DNA from: Laetmonice hystrix
Lineage: Eukaryota
Direction: 5' to 3'
Assembly: GCA_965235115.1 (NCBI GenBank)
Contig: OZ249436.1
Span: 7,442,001-7,506,000 of the forward strand
Length of the DNA stretch: 64,000 nucleotides
The position numbers were made by a program, and so were the translations under genes. The notes beneath the pieces were generated by a model that had not been told where the DNA came from, made no database searches, and saw only the letters and a list, made by a program, of their open reading frames with translations. This document shows positions 27,707-39,090 of the stretch, piece after piece. The stretch's first letter is position 1. Each line of letters starts with the position of its first letter.

Positions 27707-28125
27707 CAGGGGTCGATTTCGACAGGAGTCCGTGAGTCCAAGACTCCCAAAAATTGGGACGGACTCCTGGCAGCCACCTGACCATGAGTCCGGCTGTCTC
27801 CCAGATATTTACACGTGCAGATTGATGCGGTTTTTAATCCAGGACCAGGTGACAATCACCCAGTCTCGGGGAACCAAATATCTGCTATTCTGCAGGGGTC
27901 ACAAGACTGACAATATGTTTCACTCAGCCCCACCTCCCCCTTCCCTGTTGTGGTGGTTTGATTACTTCCAGTGTTTATGCCAAACTAGGACACTTTTTTT
28001 ACATCCAGTCACATTTTAATCCCTATGCAACAGGCTCGTGGACTCCCATATTTTTTGGCGGACTCCTAAATTGCAATTTCGGAGTCCTGCTGACTCCAAA
28101 AAATCACCCACGAAATCTACCCCTG
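27707..28125. mobile_element. MITE, copy 1 of a family with CAGGGGTCGATTTCG termini
   Basis: TIRs CAGGGGTCGATTTCG ... CGAAATCTACCCCTG; near-identical internal sequence to 58242-58686. Confidence 0.85.
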
Positions 28126-28318
28126 TAACATGCCGACAAGGTGGTGCTAACACACGAGTGCCTGACGAATTTTGATTGATTAGTCTTTGTTTAACCGTCA
28201 TTAAACGAAAAAATAAACATCATTTTTGGGATTGAACAGGTAGGTTGTCTGCGTGTACACCCATATATTTGTTTTTGGTTGTCCCGCACAGCTGACATAG
28301 ATGACTACTGTTCAAAAC

Positions 28319-29071
28319 GGTAAATAGTCGATTCGCCCCACTTCCGATTCGCCCCGGTCGATTCGCCCCACTCGAAAAGACGATTCGCCCCACTGGTAGA
28401 AGACGATTCGCCCCACTCGGAAAGTCGTTTCGCCCCAGTCCAGACTGGACGCTAACTGACTCTATCATTCTATCAGTCTACGTTTTTATTGTCTCTTGAG
28501 TCTTGATACTATCCAGTCCAGTAAACAAGTCGTTTTGTGAACCGATTAAGGCCGACCGTCCGGCCCGGAGCGAGCTCTGTACCGCGTGCTGTTGCCGGCC
28601 CGTACCGGGCTCCCCACCTCCACGGCCCGGCAGGCTGGCGGCCGGGTAGCGAGCCGCTGACGACCGGCGGAGGCGGGTAGGTGAGCCTGCAACCGCCGCA
28701 GCCACCCGCCCGCCCGCCGGCAACCGGCCTGCCTCAGTCCACCCAGTCCCCGCTTCCGACACTGACGCCCGACCCTTTGAACGGGTGCCAGCCGTCCCCG
28801 CCCGGTCCGCTTCTCCCCTCCGAGGCCCGGTGGCGGCGAAGGCCCATCGAGACGAGACAGTATTAGTAATGACTAATGGCCCACCAAGTAACTATAAAAG
28901 CTCCAGTGTGGTTAAAGAACTTAGGTTGAAGCAAATTAACTTCGAGATCATAGATGGGGCGAAACAACTTCGAGAGTGGGGCGAAACGACTAGGGGTGGG
29001 GCGAATCGACTAGGTTGTGGGGCGAAACCGACCCAGGTCGAAACCGACCTGGGGCGAATCGACTATAATTC
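28319..29071. mobile_element. Foldback/sub-TIR non-autonomous element (Mutator/Phantom-like) with 8-bp TSD
   Basis: TTCAAAAC at 28311-28318 and 29072-29079; ATAGTCGATTCGCCCCA inverted repeat starting 5 bp inside each end; tandem GATTCGCCCC sub-repeats at both ends; very GC-rich core. Confidence 0.85.
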
Positions 29072-30285
29072 TTCAAAACCATGTCAAAACTGGCCAACTT
29101 GTGTTCCATGTTCTAACTGGTCTCTGACTTAAGTCGTGGATCCACTATGCGATTTTATGTGCAATTTTGGCACGACCCATGATCCCCCCCCTGCAGGCTA
29201 CAGCCCTGCTGGCTCACATTGATATCTAGGCTATGGTCCTCTTGGCAGCCACAAAGTAGAGTGACTTGCTATTAGTGGACTGAAACCTTGTTTTAATCTT
29301 TTCATTTTCCGGACAACCATGGTTAGCTTTTGGGCAACCAGTTTTGAGCTTCTGGTTGCCCAATGGCCAACCACATTTCTGGGAAATTTGGCAGACCCTG
29401 TAGGCACAATAAATATTCGACATGTTTGATATTTGTCATTGCATGCGATATTGCGATTCCGTCGTCTGGAACGTTTTCCAGCTATAATTAATCGCACGTC
29501 GCACCAAACAGAATCGCATAGTGGATCCACGGCTTTATATGTATACAGAAATTCTTAGCGGTTTGATACAAAAATACAGAAAATGGACCTCTTGAAAAAG
29601 TGAGCTGAAAATACGGAGGTTTCCGTACAAAATACGGATGGTTGACAACACTTATTCGAATTGTGGATGAGTGGGGTTGTCAAACATCTTCCTTGCATAG
29701 ACCTAGAATAAATAATTGATGAATGACCATGGGCATGGTGGTAGTCGGTGTTCATGAGAAAATACATAGCATGATATTGATAATCAATTGTAACATTGTA
29801 GAGTCAGTGAGTGCTCTGTTATACATATACTTACAACTGAAGACAAGAGACTGTCAAGAGTCAAGCAATTTATCATGCAATGGGCAATAGACATCATACT
29901 CATAGACATAGATCTAATACCGGTAACGGATAATGAACATCAGAACACAGATTTTATGACATTATGAAAATCATCTTTGAGACTGAGACCCCAATAATAT
30001 ACTAGTCTAATGCAACGGTTGCATGGCAATGCAGAAAAGGGACAAGTCTCGTTGCAACTAACTGACTAAGTTAAGATCGACTACACCCAAGTTCTATCAG
30101 TTTCACTGCATCAGACTCAGTATCAACTGTAGCAATGATATCATTCTGAGGGGGGTTGCCCCCGAAACAAAAGTATGTCAAAAAGCAGAGGAAAGATCTA
30201 CATGAGCTGCCATCTCGCCCGTAGCTATTACATTGTCTACCCTTCTAACCTGGATGCATTTGAATCAACTGCAATTGATACAAAC

Positions 30286-30660
30286 CTGAACTGGGTTGTC
30301 AATTTCCAACTAAGACAGTCATCTTCCGCCAGTAAATAGAGCAGCCATAACAAGTGCCCGTATGAGGGAGCCAATCCATGACGTCATGGGGTTCCAATTA
30401 CCATCCGAAAGGGATTTTGGAATCTGTAGAAACAGCTTGCTCGCAGTCAAATTGCAATAATTTATTGGAAAACCTAGCAAGCTCTTGCTAAGAAAAGAGG
30501 GTTGAAGTTGTTAAATTAACTATTTCTCTGTATATAGTAACTATATGTATTTTTAAATAAAACAAATGATGGTGGGGTGCGACAGGAGACTAGGAACGCA
30601 AACCGCAAGAGGATGTCGTAAAATGCATGAGCTTGCGTTTCGACGACTTCCGCTTCAGAG
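30286..30660. promoter_or_regulatory. Putative bidirectional promoter upstream of PDPK1
   Basis: CCAAT at 30371, palindrome CCATGACGTCATGG (full CRE) 30376-30389, ETS-like cores on both sides (TCTTCCGCC about 30322, ACTTCCG about 30646), and a minus-strand donor CAG|GTTTGT at 30286/30285. Confidence 0.45.
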
Positions 30661-30754
30661 TGGCTCGTTGCACTATTTCACTACAGACAGGTCGTTCCCT
30701 GTTTTTGCCGACGGAATTTTATGTAGGCTTTGTGTTTTAAAAGAGACCCAATTC
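30645..30754 (+). other. Probable non-coding first exon of PDPK1 (start approximate)
   Basis: ETS-like ACTTCCG at about 30646 followed by strong donor ATTC|GTAAGT at 30754/30755; next acceptor TTTCTTTCAG at 34313 lies 11 nt before the PDPK1 ATG. Inference from motifs only. Confidence 0.5.
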
Positions 30755-31149
30755 GTAAGTAATCTTGCTTATTGTAAGACAGTAATTGCAATCAGGTACA
30801 TAAGTGTCAGGTATTTTAGAATGCGTGAAAAAAGGATAATTGTCAAGACATGTCGCATTGTAATTTGTCCGTGTAGTGTGTACTCTGTTGTTTGTAGACG
30901 AATGTTGTGACTCACTGACTGTCGCTGTCATCACACCTTTGCCTCCTTTTACCTTTGCCTTGATATCGCCTTGGTTTTTCGTCAACGTTTCTTTTGCCTT
31001 AGCAGTTCCCAGCCTACTATGAGTATAAGCCGTAGGCCTACGAGGCTACGTAACGCTATTCTGATCAAAATCTGACACCCCACACCCACCCCCCGCAACT
31101 TGAAAGTTTTAACGCTTTCAATGGAGCTTCATAATGGACCGTATGCTTA

Positions 31150-31755
31150 TGGCGGGCTCAGACAGAATGATGCAACGCGATTCCTTGCAACGGCAACAGT
31201 CGCAAGGAATCGCAAGTTGCACACGTCTGAAAGACGGGGGAGCTCACACAGCAACGCGACCGCAACTACTACAGCGATCCTGTTACGTCACAAATAGCTT
31301 GTGACATAATCGGCAAGGCCAAGGGAACTATTAATGATTGTCTCTTATTGGTTATTATTACTAGCAATGGTCCAGTCGCATTGCCAGCCCGCTCAGACAA
31401 AGCAAGCAGTTGCGACCAGTCGCCAAATATTAAACATGTGTACAGGGTTTGTACGCCCCCTTAAAAACCGGGAAAATCCTTGAAAAAAAAAGTTGGTCTT
31501 AAAAACCCTTGAAATTTGAATGTCCTTAAATTCAAGCCTGGCCCTTGAAACCCCCAGGAAAGTCCTTAAATTTTGAATAAACCGTGTCTGACAAACTGAT
31601 GGGACTGAGTGGACATTTGTCTCATCACTGGATATCTTGTCCACTCAGTCATGTGCATTTAATGTCTTGCGACGCAACTGCAGAATCGGGTTGTAAGGTA
31701 GCTCAGACATAGAGTTGTGTCGCAAGCAGTTGCATTGCTCAGTCTGAGCCTGCCA
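31150..31755. mobile_element. PIF/Harbinger-like MITE with TTA TSD, carrying a nested fragment (about 31443-31590)
   Basis: TGGCGGGCTCAGACAGAATGATGCAAC ... GTTGCATTGCTCAGTCTGAGCCTGCCA flanked by TTA on both sides. Confidence 0.75.
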
Positions 31756-31824
31756 TTATGCCTACCCCCCACCCAGCTGAGCGTTACATAATTTAGAGAT
31801 GGCCCCCTACCCATTCTAAACAAT

Positions 31825-32050
31825 GGCCGAGGCTATCCGCACGGCGGTTGCAGCACGTCCGTCGTGCAGACTGGCGAGGCTATCTGCATGACCGTCGTGC
31901 AGACTGGCGACTGTGCAGACTGGACTAGGCTAACCCTAACCCCTAACTAGCCCTAACCCTAACCCTATAGGCCTAGACACTCCCATCTGGGCGACAGTTG
32001 TGCCGATACATTTCAGTATCCGCACGACTGTCATGCCGATAGACACTCCC
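31825..32050. mobile_element. Sub-TIR element with central (CCCTAA)n telomere-like repeats and near-perfect 9-bp TSD
   Basis: Flanks CTAAACAAT / CTATACAAT; degenerate inverted ends GGCCGAGGCTATCCGCACG / CATGCCGATAGACACTCCC; TAACCCTAACCC tract at about 31931-31966. Confidence 0.65.
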
Positions 32051-32070
32051 CTATACAATAGGAAACTATG

Positions 32071-32320
32071 CAGTGTTCTAACCAGAAATATTTCTCACAG
32101 TGGGGGAAAGGTGATGGACAAACACCGAAGGTGTGCAGTCGCGAGCGCTGAAGCCGCGAAGCCCACCAGAGGGGGGTCTGGGTGGGTTCTCCCCCCGGGA
32201 AAATTTTGAAAACATGCTCTTTAAATGGTGCATTTTGGTGCATTTGAGATGAATAAAGGCGGCGGAAGGAGTTGTCAGCGCGTGGGAGCGCCGCGGCGCC
32301 GCGGTTCAGTTAGAACCCTG
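32071..32320. mobile_element. MITE
   Basis: TIRs CAGTGTTCTAAC ... GTTAGAACCCTG; no clear TSD. Confidence 0.6.
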
Positions 32321-32862
32321 CTTACAGAGTTTAGAGATCTGGGCCCGTTTCACTTGAAATCCCAGATTCACTTGAAATCCCAGACATTTACACGTTCTCT
32401 GACTGTATGATCAACTAAACTGGTAGATCTTTTTCGAGCCCTGCTTGTACACAAAAGATTACGGTACCATGTTTCATAAGGTTGAGGGTTGGTGTCCAAC
32501 TTAGCTATGATTGGCCTCTAAAACATTAGTTTTGCTCAAAAAAAGGCCTGCAGCTTATACATGCAGAATATTATGCAATGGTCCTATCAGTTTAATTTTG
32601 AAATAGGTTTCTTTGCTTAAATGATAAATATATCATCTCAGTACCGGTACTAGACAAGAATATACATACTGGTACCTTTTGAGATTAAAAACAGGATTAA
32701 GATTTCGGCAATCATATTTTATATTTTAGGTGTAGCTCTAACATGTAATTGTTGGAGATGACCCCTGAGATCAGGTGATGTAATTCTGGTTCAATGCACC
32801 TTTTCTGAGCTGTCTGCCCATACATCCACTATTGAAAGAAAGAATAGAGAAACATGGATCTG

Positions 32863-33377
32863 CAGGGCTGTCAATAGTAGCCGGTCACCGGCAGCAAATC
32901 GCCTTCTAGAACGGCTTTTGCTGCCGCCTACTTTTTGCAGGATGACAAAAAATAATTTCATTTTCCTGTACCTTAAAATGCACAACAGAAAGTCTTGTTT
33001 TTCAAAATTTCCAAGGGGAGGACCACTGGTCAGACCCCTGTTTGGAGTATCCCAAATTCAGTAATCTCAAGGCCTAGACTCCCACAAAAGCATTGTGAAA
33101 TCCCTGCTAACTGGCTCAATTTTTTTTTACCAAGAATTAAAAAACAGACCTTTTCAGGTGTGTTTCCCAGGTAGAAAACCCCTCAGATGCCTGGACAATG
33201 CACCTCAAATAGTTTTGTTTATCAAATTTTATGGGGGAGGCCCCCCGGACCCCCCATTTGCAAAATGCATCGCACCCTTAGGTGCTCAGATATGGCCTTT
33301 GCCCATATTTTCTGCACCCTCCTACTTTAGGCCCTGGGCCCTGCTAGCTGCTACTCTGTTAAACTTTGACGGCCCTG
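32863..33377. mobile_element. MITE (possibly composite)
   Basis: TIRs CAGGGCTGTCAA ... TTGACGGCCCTG; its terminal CTG is the target site of the adjacent Harbinger-like element. Confidence 0.55.
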
Positions 33378-34252
33378 GGGGGTGTTTCAATAAACTTCAC
33401 TTGTCCGACCCGGTCGGACCATCCGTCGCTTGAAAAGTCGGACATGCGACGGACAGTGCCCGTCAGGTGTTGCAATAAACATGTCCGACGATGGTCCGAC
33501 ACTGCCATGCCGACATGACAATAGACAAAGAGCGACGTCACAATACCACGTTGAGCAAACGTGCATTCCACGAGCCTTGATCTACTCATACATTCTGGCG
33601 GTTTGTGACGTACAAAGGATGTATTGAGACATCTGTTCACTTGGCAATAGCTCTCACTGATTTTTATTGTGTGATCTTCTGTTATTAGCCTGTATGTTAC
33701 AGATTTTAGATATTTAATAGATATGAAACCTGTCATTTTTCGGCTAAAGATACGTTGCGAATGTTGTCCTGACCCGATGTCAATTTTTTCCTTCCTGGTC
33801 ATATACTGAGGGTAGAGAAGATAACGTCACAATCTCAGTGGGTCTATCTGGCACGGCCACATGATTGCAGCATATCGGTTCACTTGTAAACAACCGATGT
33901 CTGTGAATGATATAATTATCAGATACATCTAATAAGGGTAGGAATACAAATATGAAAACCTTCACTACAGGAGGAGTGCACTTTAAACATTAGTAAGGAT
34001 GGCAGAATTTCTCAAATTGGCAGCCAAAGTTGACATGTCGAGAATCAAACAGTAGTTGGTCCGCCATGTTCATTGGTCCGACCGCCGCCTAGGACAACTC
34101 CTGAGTAGTCCTAGAAAGTCGGACAGTCCGACCGGGTCGGACGCCAATCGAACGTTTATTGAAACACCCATAAAAATGATGGCCTGTCCGACTGGGTCGG
34201 ACATGGTCCGTCGCCCGGTCGGACAGTCCTACGCTGATATTGAAACACCCCC
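33378..34252. mobile_element. Harbinger-like non-autonomous element with CTG TSD
   Basis: GGGGGTGTTTCAATA ... TATTGAAACACCCCC with CTG on both sides; internal GTCCGAC/GTCGGAC sub-repeats; ends about 60 bp before the PDPK1 acceptor at 34313. Confidence 0.8.
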
Positions 34253-34324
34253 CTGGATCCCGGATGTTTGTTGCAACTTAACCATTCTTTTTGAATGATT
34301 TGATTTCTTTCAGAATCAGCAGGA

Positions 34325-37300
34325 ATGGCAACCTCACCAGGCAGTTCGTCAACCTCAGAACCACCAAATGAAATTAGGAAAAAGACCCCAGAAGACTTCA
34401 TATTTGGCAAAGTGATTGGTGAAGGATCCTATTCAACCGTAAGTACAGGATGGTGAAAATATCCAGTAGAGGCCAAGGAATATTTGACTTGGGATCAGCA
34501 ATAACATATTAGTCACATTAACAGTAAAGTATCTGTTTTTTAACCTTTAAAATTGAAGTAAAACTAATGAGAAGATTGAAAAAGTTATCGGACAAACATA
34601 AACAGGTCTAGATATAATAGCTTTTCTTACCTGTGACAGAATGAGGTACAAGTTATTTCTTCCATACAGGTATTCCTGGCAAAGGAAGTCAGCTGTGGAA
34701 AAGAATATGCAAGTAAGCTTCATTTTCCCCTGTCTCTGTGGCAAATTCCATTGGCCTGCCTTCTTGAACAGAGCCCATTCTACTAGTCTAGGCGAGAGTT
34801 TACATAGAGTTTGGAAAAAACAGAAAATATATTGGATCTCTTCTGGGGTGATGGCTATATTCTTACTTCTTTTCAGTCAAAGTGTTGGAGAAGCGGCATA
34901 TTTTAAGGGAGAAAAAGCAGCAGTATGTAATGCGTGAACGTGAAGTGTTCAGCAAGCTCAACCATCCGTTCTTTGTGAAGCTGTACTTCACCTTCCAAGA
35001 TACTGACAGACTCTGTATCCTGACAACAGCAACTTTTAGGATAATTCTTCTCAATGCTTTGAGACTCGGTGGATTTTAAGTTTTTTGGGTGGGGGTTATT
35101 CTGTAGTTGTGAATTTGTAACAGTAGGGGTTACACTTTGTACATGCTTGACTGAGGCTGTGTTGTCGTATCCTGATGACAGAAGATCAATAGGTTTGCTA
35201 GCATTGGAGGACTGTCAACGGTTGATGTTAACAAGGACTCCTTCTGGTTTGTTTTATGTCAACATCTGCCCTCATTCATACTATGGACTGTTTCCTATCC
35301 CAGTGAACCGTAATCTCCAGTCCTGCAAAATATAGAATGAATTAAAATAACACATTGAGTACTTTGAAAAGTAGCATGAAGGTATAAGTAATGATGTTTA
35401 ATAGAGGTCATTATAATCTGAAAGATTGTTTCTCAGTAACTTGATCTAAGTTTACTGGATAGATGCTCAGGGATGTGCCTAGAAAAAATTGAGTGCCGGG
35501 CGTTTTGAGCTAGCACCGAAGGCAGAAGTTTTCAGTTGGCAAGAGGTGCGGGTGGGGGTCTATTTTTTTCAGACGATAGGCCTAATAAAAATTTGTGCCG
35601 CCCGGCGTGAGCACATCCCTGGATGCTTGTGATGATGTATAACAATGCCTCATGTCACAACATGACAAGAAACAGGACTCCTTCACTCTGGCCAACCAGA
35701 TTTTGGTCTCAGTTATGCACGGAGAGGAGAGCTGCTCACCTACATCAATAAGCTGGGCTGCTTTGATGAAAAGTGCACACGCTTCTATGCTGGTGAAGTT
35801 GTGCTAGCCCTGGAGCATCTTCATAGTATAGGAATCATTCACAGGTTTGTATTGACTTAACAGTCATGTTTGTAGTTATACTGGTAAAATTAACATCAGT
35901 GGTTAAAGCTTCAGCTTTCGAGAGCAACAACAACAGAGTTGAAGATTGTCCTATATGTGACCAAGCTGTTCCCGATTCCTTATGATGCCATCTTTTCCAC
36001 AACAACAATTTTATCATAAATTTGACTTTAGGTTAATCCTGTCAGCATTTGTATTTGTCTCACAGGGATTTAAAGCCAGAGAACATCCTTCTTAATGATG
36101 ACATGCACATCCAGATCACTGACTTTGGCTCAGCCAGAATACTAGGTAAACCAGGTGAGAAAAGAGTAACCAGTTGCTCGGGTACTTTTCCCAGAACTAG
36201 TAATAGATTGATCATATTAGTTTGTAGCAGGAAACATTGGCAGTTTTGCATTGGTACTGAATATCTCCTGTATGCATCATCTTTTTTTTTTGACAGAGGA
36301 CGCCAACAATTCACAACGAAGAAACTCATTTGTAGGGACTGCTCAGTATGTGTCGCCAGAAGTATTAACAAGCAAAGATGCTTATTATAGGTAAGTAAAC
36401 TGGAAACAAGAGGCAGTGGAGTTTTGATGACGATTGTCTGCATTCTTCTCTTTTTGTATGAAACTTTCCTTATTTTAAATGCTCATACCCACTGAAGAAA
36501 ATGTCACCATTTGATCCCTTGCGCACTTTCAAGGTCAAAGACACAGAAAATATATTATGGTAATAATTGTAAATAAATAAGAAAAAAGTTTGACAAACTA
36601 TGTTTAAAAATAAAAGGGATGCTCCAAAATCATTAGAAATGTGGATAGTGCTTATTGCAGCCTCTTTATAATCCCCAGTTTGATATGGTTATAATATTAC
36701 AATTGTACTTTAATATTTCAGTTCAGACCTTTGGGCTCTAGGTTGTATCATTTACCAACTCCTGTCTGGCCAGCTACCATTTTGGGGAGGGTAAGTTCCC
36801 GTTACATGATTGCGACCTCTGCTTTTGCTTTTCCACAAAACCAGAGACAAAATTAATGATCTATGTAATCAAATAGTGCCAGATTTATTGGAATTTTTTT
36901 TATTGACATTCATACTTAATTGACATACAGACTTGGAGATACTTCTAAGGTAAGACAAGGCAAGGCAGCACTGAGTGTAGATGCCACTGGGTGAATAACA
37001 GTTCATACTTTGAACTGGCACGTTAGATAGAATCCTCTTTCTGAGAGATGACTTGTAAAAACAAATGGCAAGATTGTGTAACTATATTGTTGTGGTGTTT
37101 GTTCACTTAAATTGAATGATATGTAATGATTTATATCAAACTTCTGTACAACTTTTCTACATATTCTTTTCAGCCATGAATATCAAATCTTTCAAAAAAT
37201 TACAAAATTAGAATACGAATTTCCTGATGGGTTTCATTCTGTAGCAAGGGAGTTGGTTGAGAAACTTCTGGTAAGTAACGTTTACATTTGTCTCTTCATT

Positions 37301-39090
37301 TGTTCATAAGATGTTTTGATGCAGAGTTTTAATTTACCGCAATGGCATGTGATAAAAACTTTGAAAGTGAACTCTAATAAAATGTGTATCTAGGCATTAT
37401 AGTAAACTTTATGTATCAGGCTGTGCTGATGTACAAAGGCATGAGTACAGTACTGATGAGCCATAACTAAGGCAAGTTATCTATAACAATATTTTCTGTT
37501 GTGTGAGCAGGTGATTGATCCAGTAAAACGGCTAGGCTGTAAGGAAATGGGGGGTTATGGTCCCCTAAAGGCCCATCCATTCTTTGAGGAGGTTGACTGG
37601 GATAACCTGCATCTACAGAAAGCTCCCGAACTGTTGCCATACCTGCCAGCCAAAGGCGAGGACGCAGAATATTGGAGTCAATACAAGGTATGATAAAACA
37701 TGGATATCACCAGATGGTTATAGATAATCTTGCATAATATTCACTAACATCTGCTTCTATATCTATCACTTTGTTATTTCAGACAGGCCTAGATGACCAA
37801 CATATGTCACACCTTATAAGCATTGGGATGCAGGAGAACACGCATGCATTAGAGTCTGAGCAACCGCGGCCACAGAGTGGCTCAACCTCAAACTCAAAGT
37901 CACCAAAACTCATGTCCTGGTCAGTCAAAAAGCTTTAGTCAGAGAGTTATAATATAACAGATGCAGAACGGGCTTAAGCTAAGTGTAGACATAGCTTGTT
38001 TAGCACATAAAACATAAAATATTGTCTTAATAATTTTTTTTTTATCTTTTTGCAAAAAATCCTACAAATTTAAAGGATTTGTTTTTATCTAGAAGATGAA
38101 TATATCTACATATTTGATGTGATGCAGGATCAGTCAGGAAGAAAAAAAGGCTGCCCTTGAGAAGCAAATACAGGAAAACGAATACCATCGATTTGTGGAA
38201 GGAAACTACATAATCAAACAAGGATTGCTAGATAAACGCAAGGTGAACATTAATATTTATAGGTGAAAGGATTTGTTAACACTGTATTCTCAGAGATGTA
38301 ATCTTTATTTCTAATGTATGATGGCATTTTATCTAAGTGAAGGATTTCCTCTATTGTGTCTGTTGTACCTTTTTTAGGGACTTTTTGCAAGGCGGCGGAT
38401 GATGCTCATGACAGAGGGCCCACATATATACTATGTTGACCCACAAGCTATGGTTCTTAAGGGCGAGATCCCATGGTAGGCACTTCTCATCAAATATAAT
38501 CCAGTTTCACAAAGGGCTAGTATGTCGTTATGTAAAGTTTATGTTTTTACCCTTCATGTATTTAAATACTCTGGTATATAATTCAGAATTTCAGTGTTTA
38601 TTGGCCAGGAATAACTAGGTTACCAAAGATTTTTTAGATGGAAAGAGGCTGATATGAATATCAAACAATTCTTATACAAAATCACTAAACAAATTTTCAA
38701 AAAATTTGGAATTTTAATAAAGTCTGATGACTTGGTTAAATGTTTGTTCTTCTATACTTTTTTTTTAAACCTTTAAGGTCGGAGGATCTGAAGCCAGAAG
38801 CAAAAAATTTCAAGATTTTCTTTGTACATACAGTAAGTATTTCATCCTTTTTTTGAACTCCGTAAGCCCCTTAAGCATTGAAGATTAATTAACAATGATT
38901 TGATTTCTAACATTTCTCAGATTTGATTTTACAGTTTCCGTGACTAATTGGCCAATTCTACTGCTTTTGCTAAGTTCTTGGCTGTTCTTTTCAGCCAAAC
39001 CGAACATACTACCTGGAGGACCCAGAAGGCAACGCCCTCAAGTGGTGCAAGAAGATTGAGGAGGTATCCAATTACTACTACAGTTCCTGA
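34325..39090 (+). CDS. PDPK1: 3-phosphoinositide-dependent protein kinase 1 (PDK1), AGC kinase domain plus C-terminal PH domain, about 488 aa, 14 coding exons
   Basis: Exons read by eye with GT-AG ends and consistent phase: 34325-34438, 34670-34712, 34877-35014, 35700-35844, 36066-36154, 36297-36390, 36722-36790, 37174-37270, 37511-37687, 37783-37919, 38128-38242, 38378-38475, 38778-38832, 38995-39090 (1467 nt). Translation has [82 protein letters not shown] and PH motifs [32 protein letters not shown], all characteristic of PDK1. Confidence 0.97.
35015..35699 (+). other. U12-type (minor spliceosome) GT-AG intron in PDPK1
   Basis: 5' end GTATCCTG (U12 consensus RTATCCTT), branch-like TCCTTCAC at 35679-35686, no polypyrimidine tract, CCAG acceptor; joining restores DRL-Y-FGLSYA of PDK1. 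Confidence 0.8.
35468..35621. mobile_element. MITE with 6-bp TSD inside the PDPK1 U12-type intron
   Basis: CAGGGATGTGC ... GCACATCCCTG flanked by GATGCT on both sides. Confidence 0.75.

Noticed and set aside
28478..29132. GC-rich ORFs as coding sequence or transposase
   Set aside because: They lie within a TSD-flanked non-autonomous element; high GC explains the lack of stops; no DDE motifs.
31931..31966. True telomere or chromosome fusion scar
   Set aside because: Only a few degenerate units, enclosed in a small TIR element.
33359..33802. 147-aa ORF as Harbinger transposase
   Set aside because: Too short and without recognisable transposase or Myb/SANT motifs; the element is under 900 bp.
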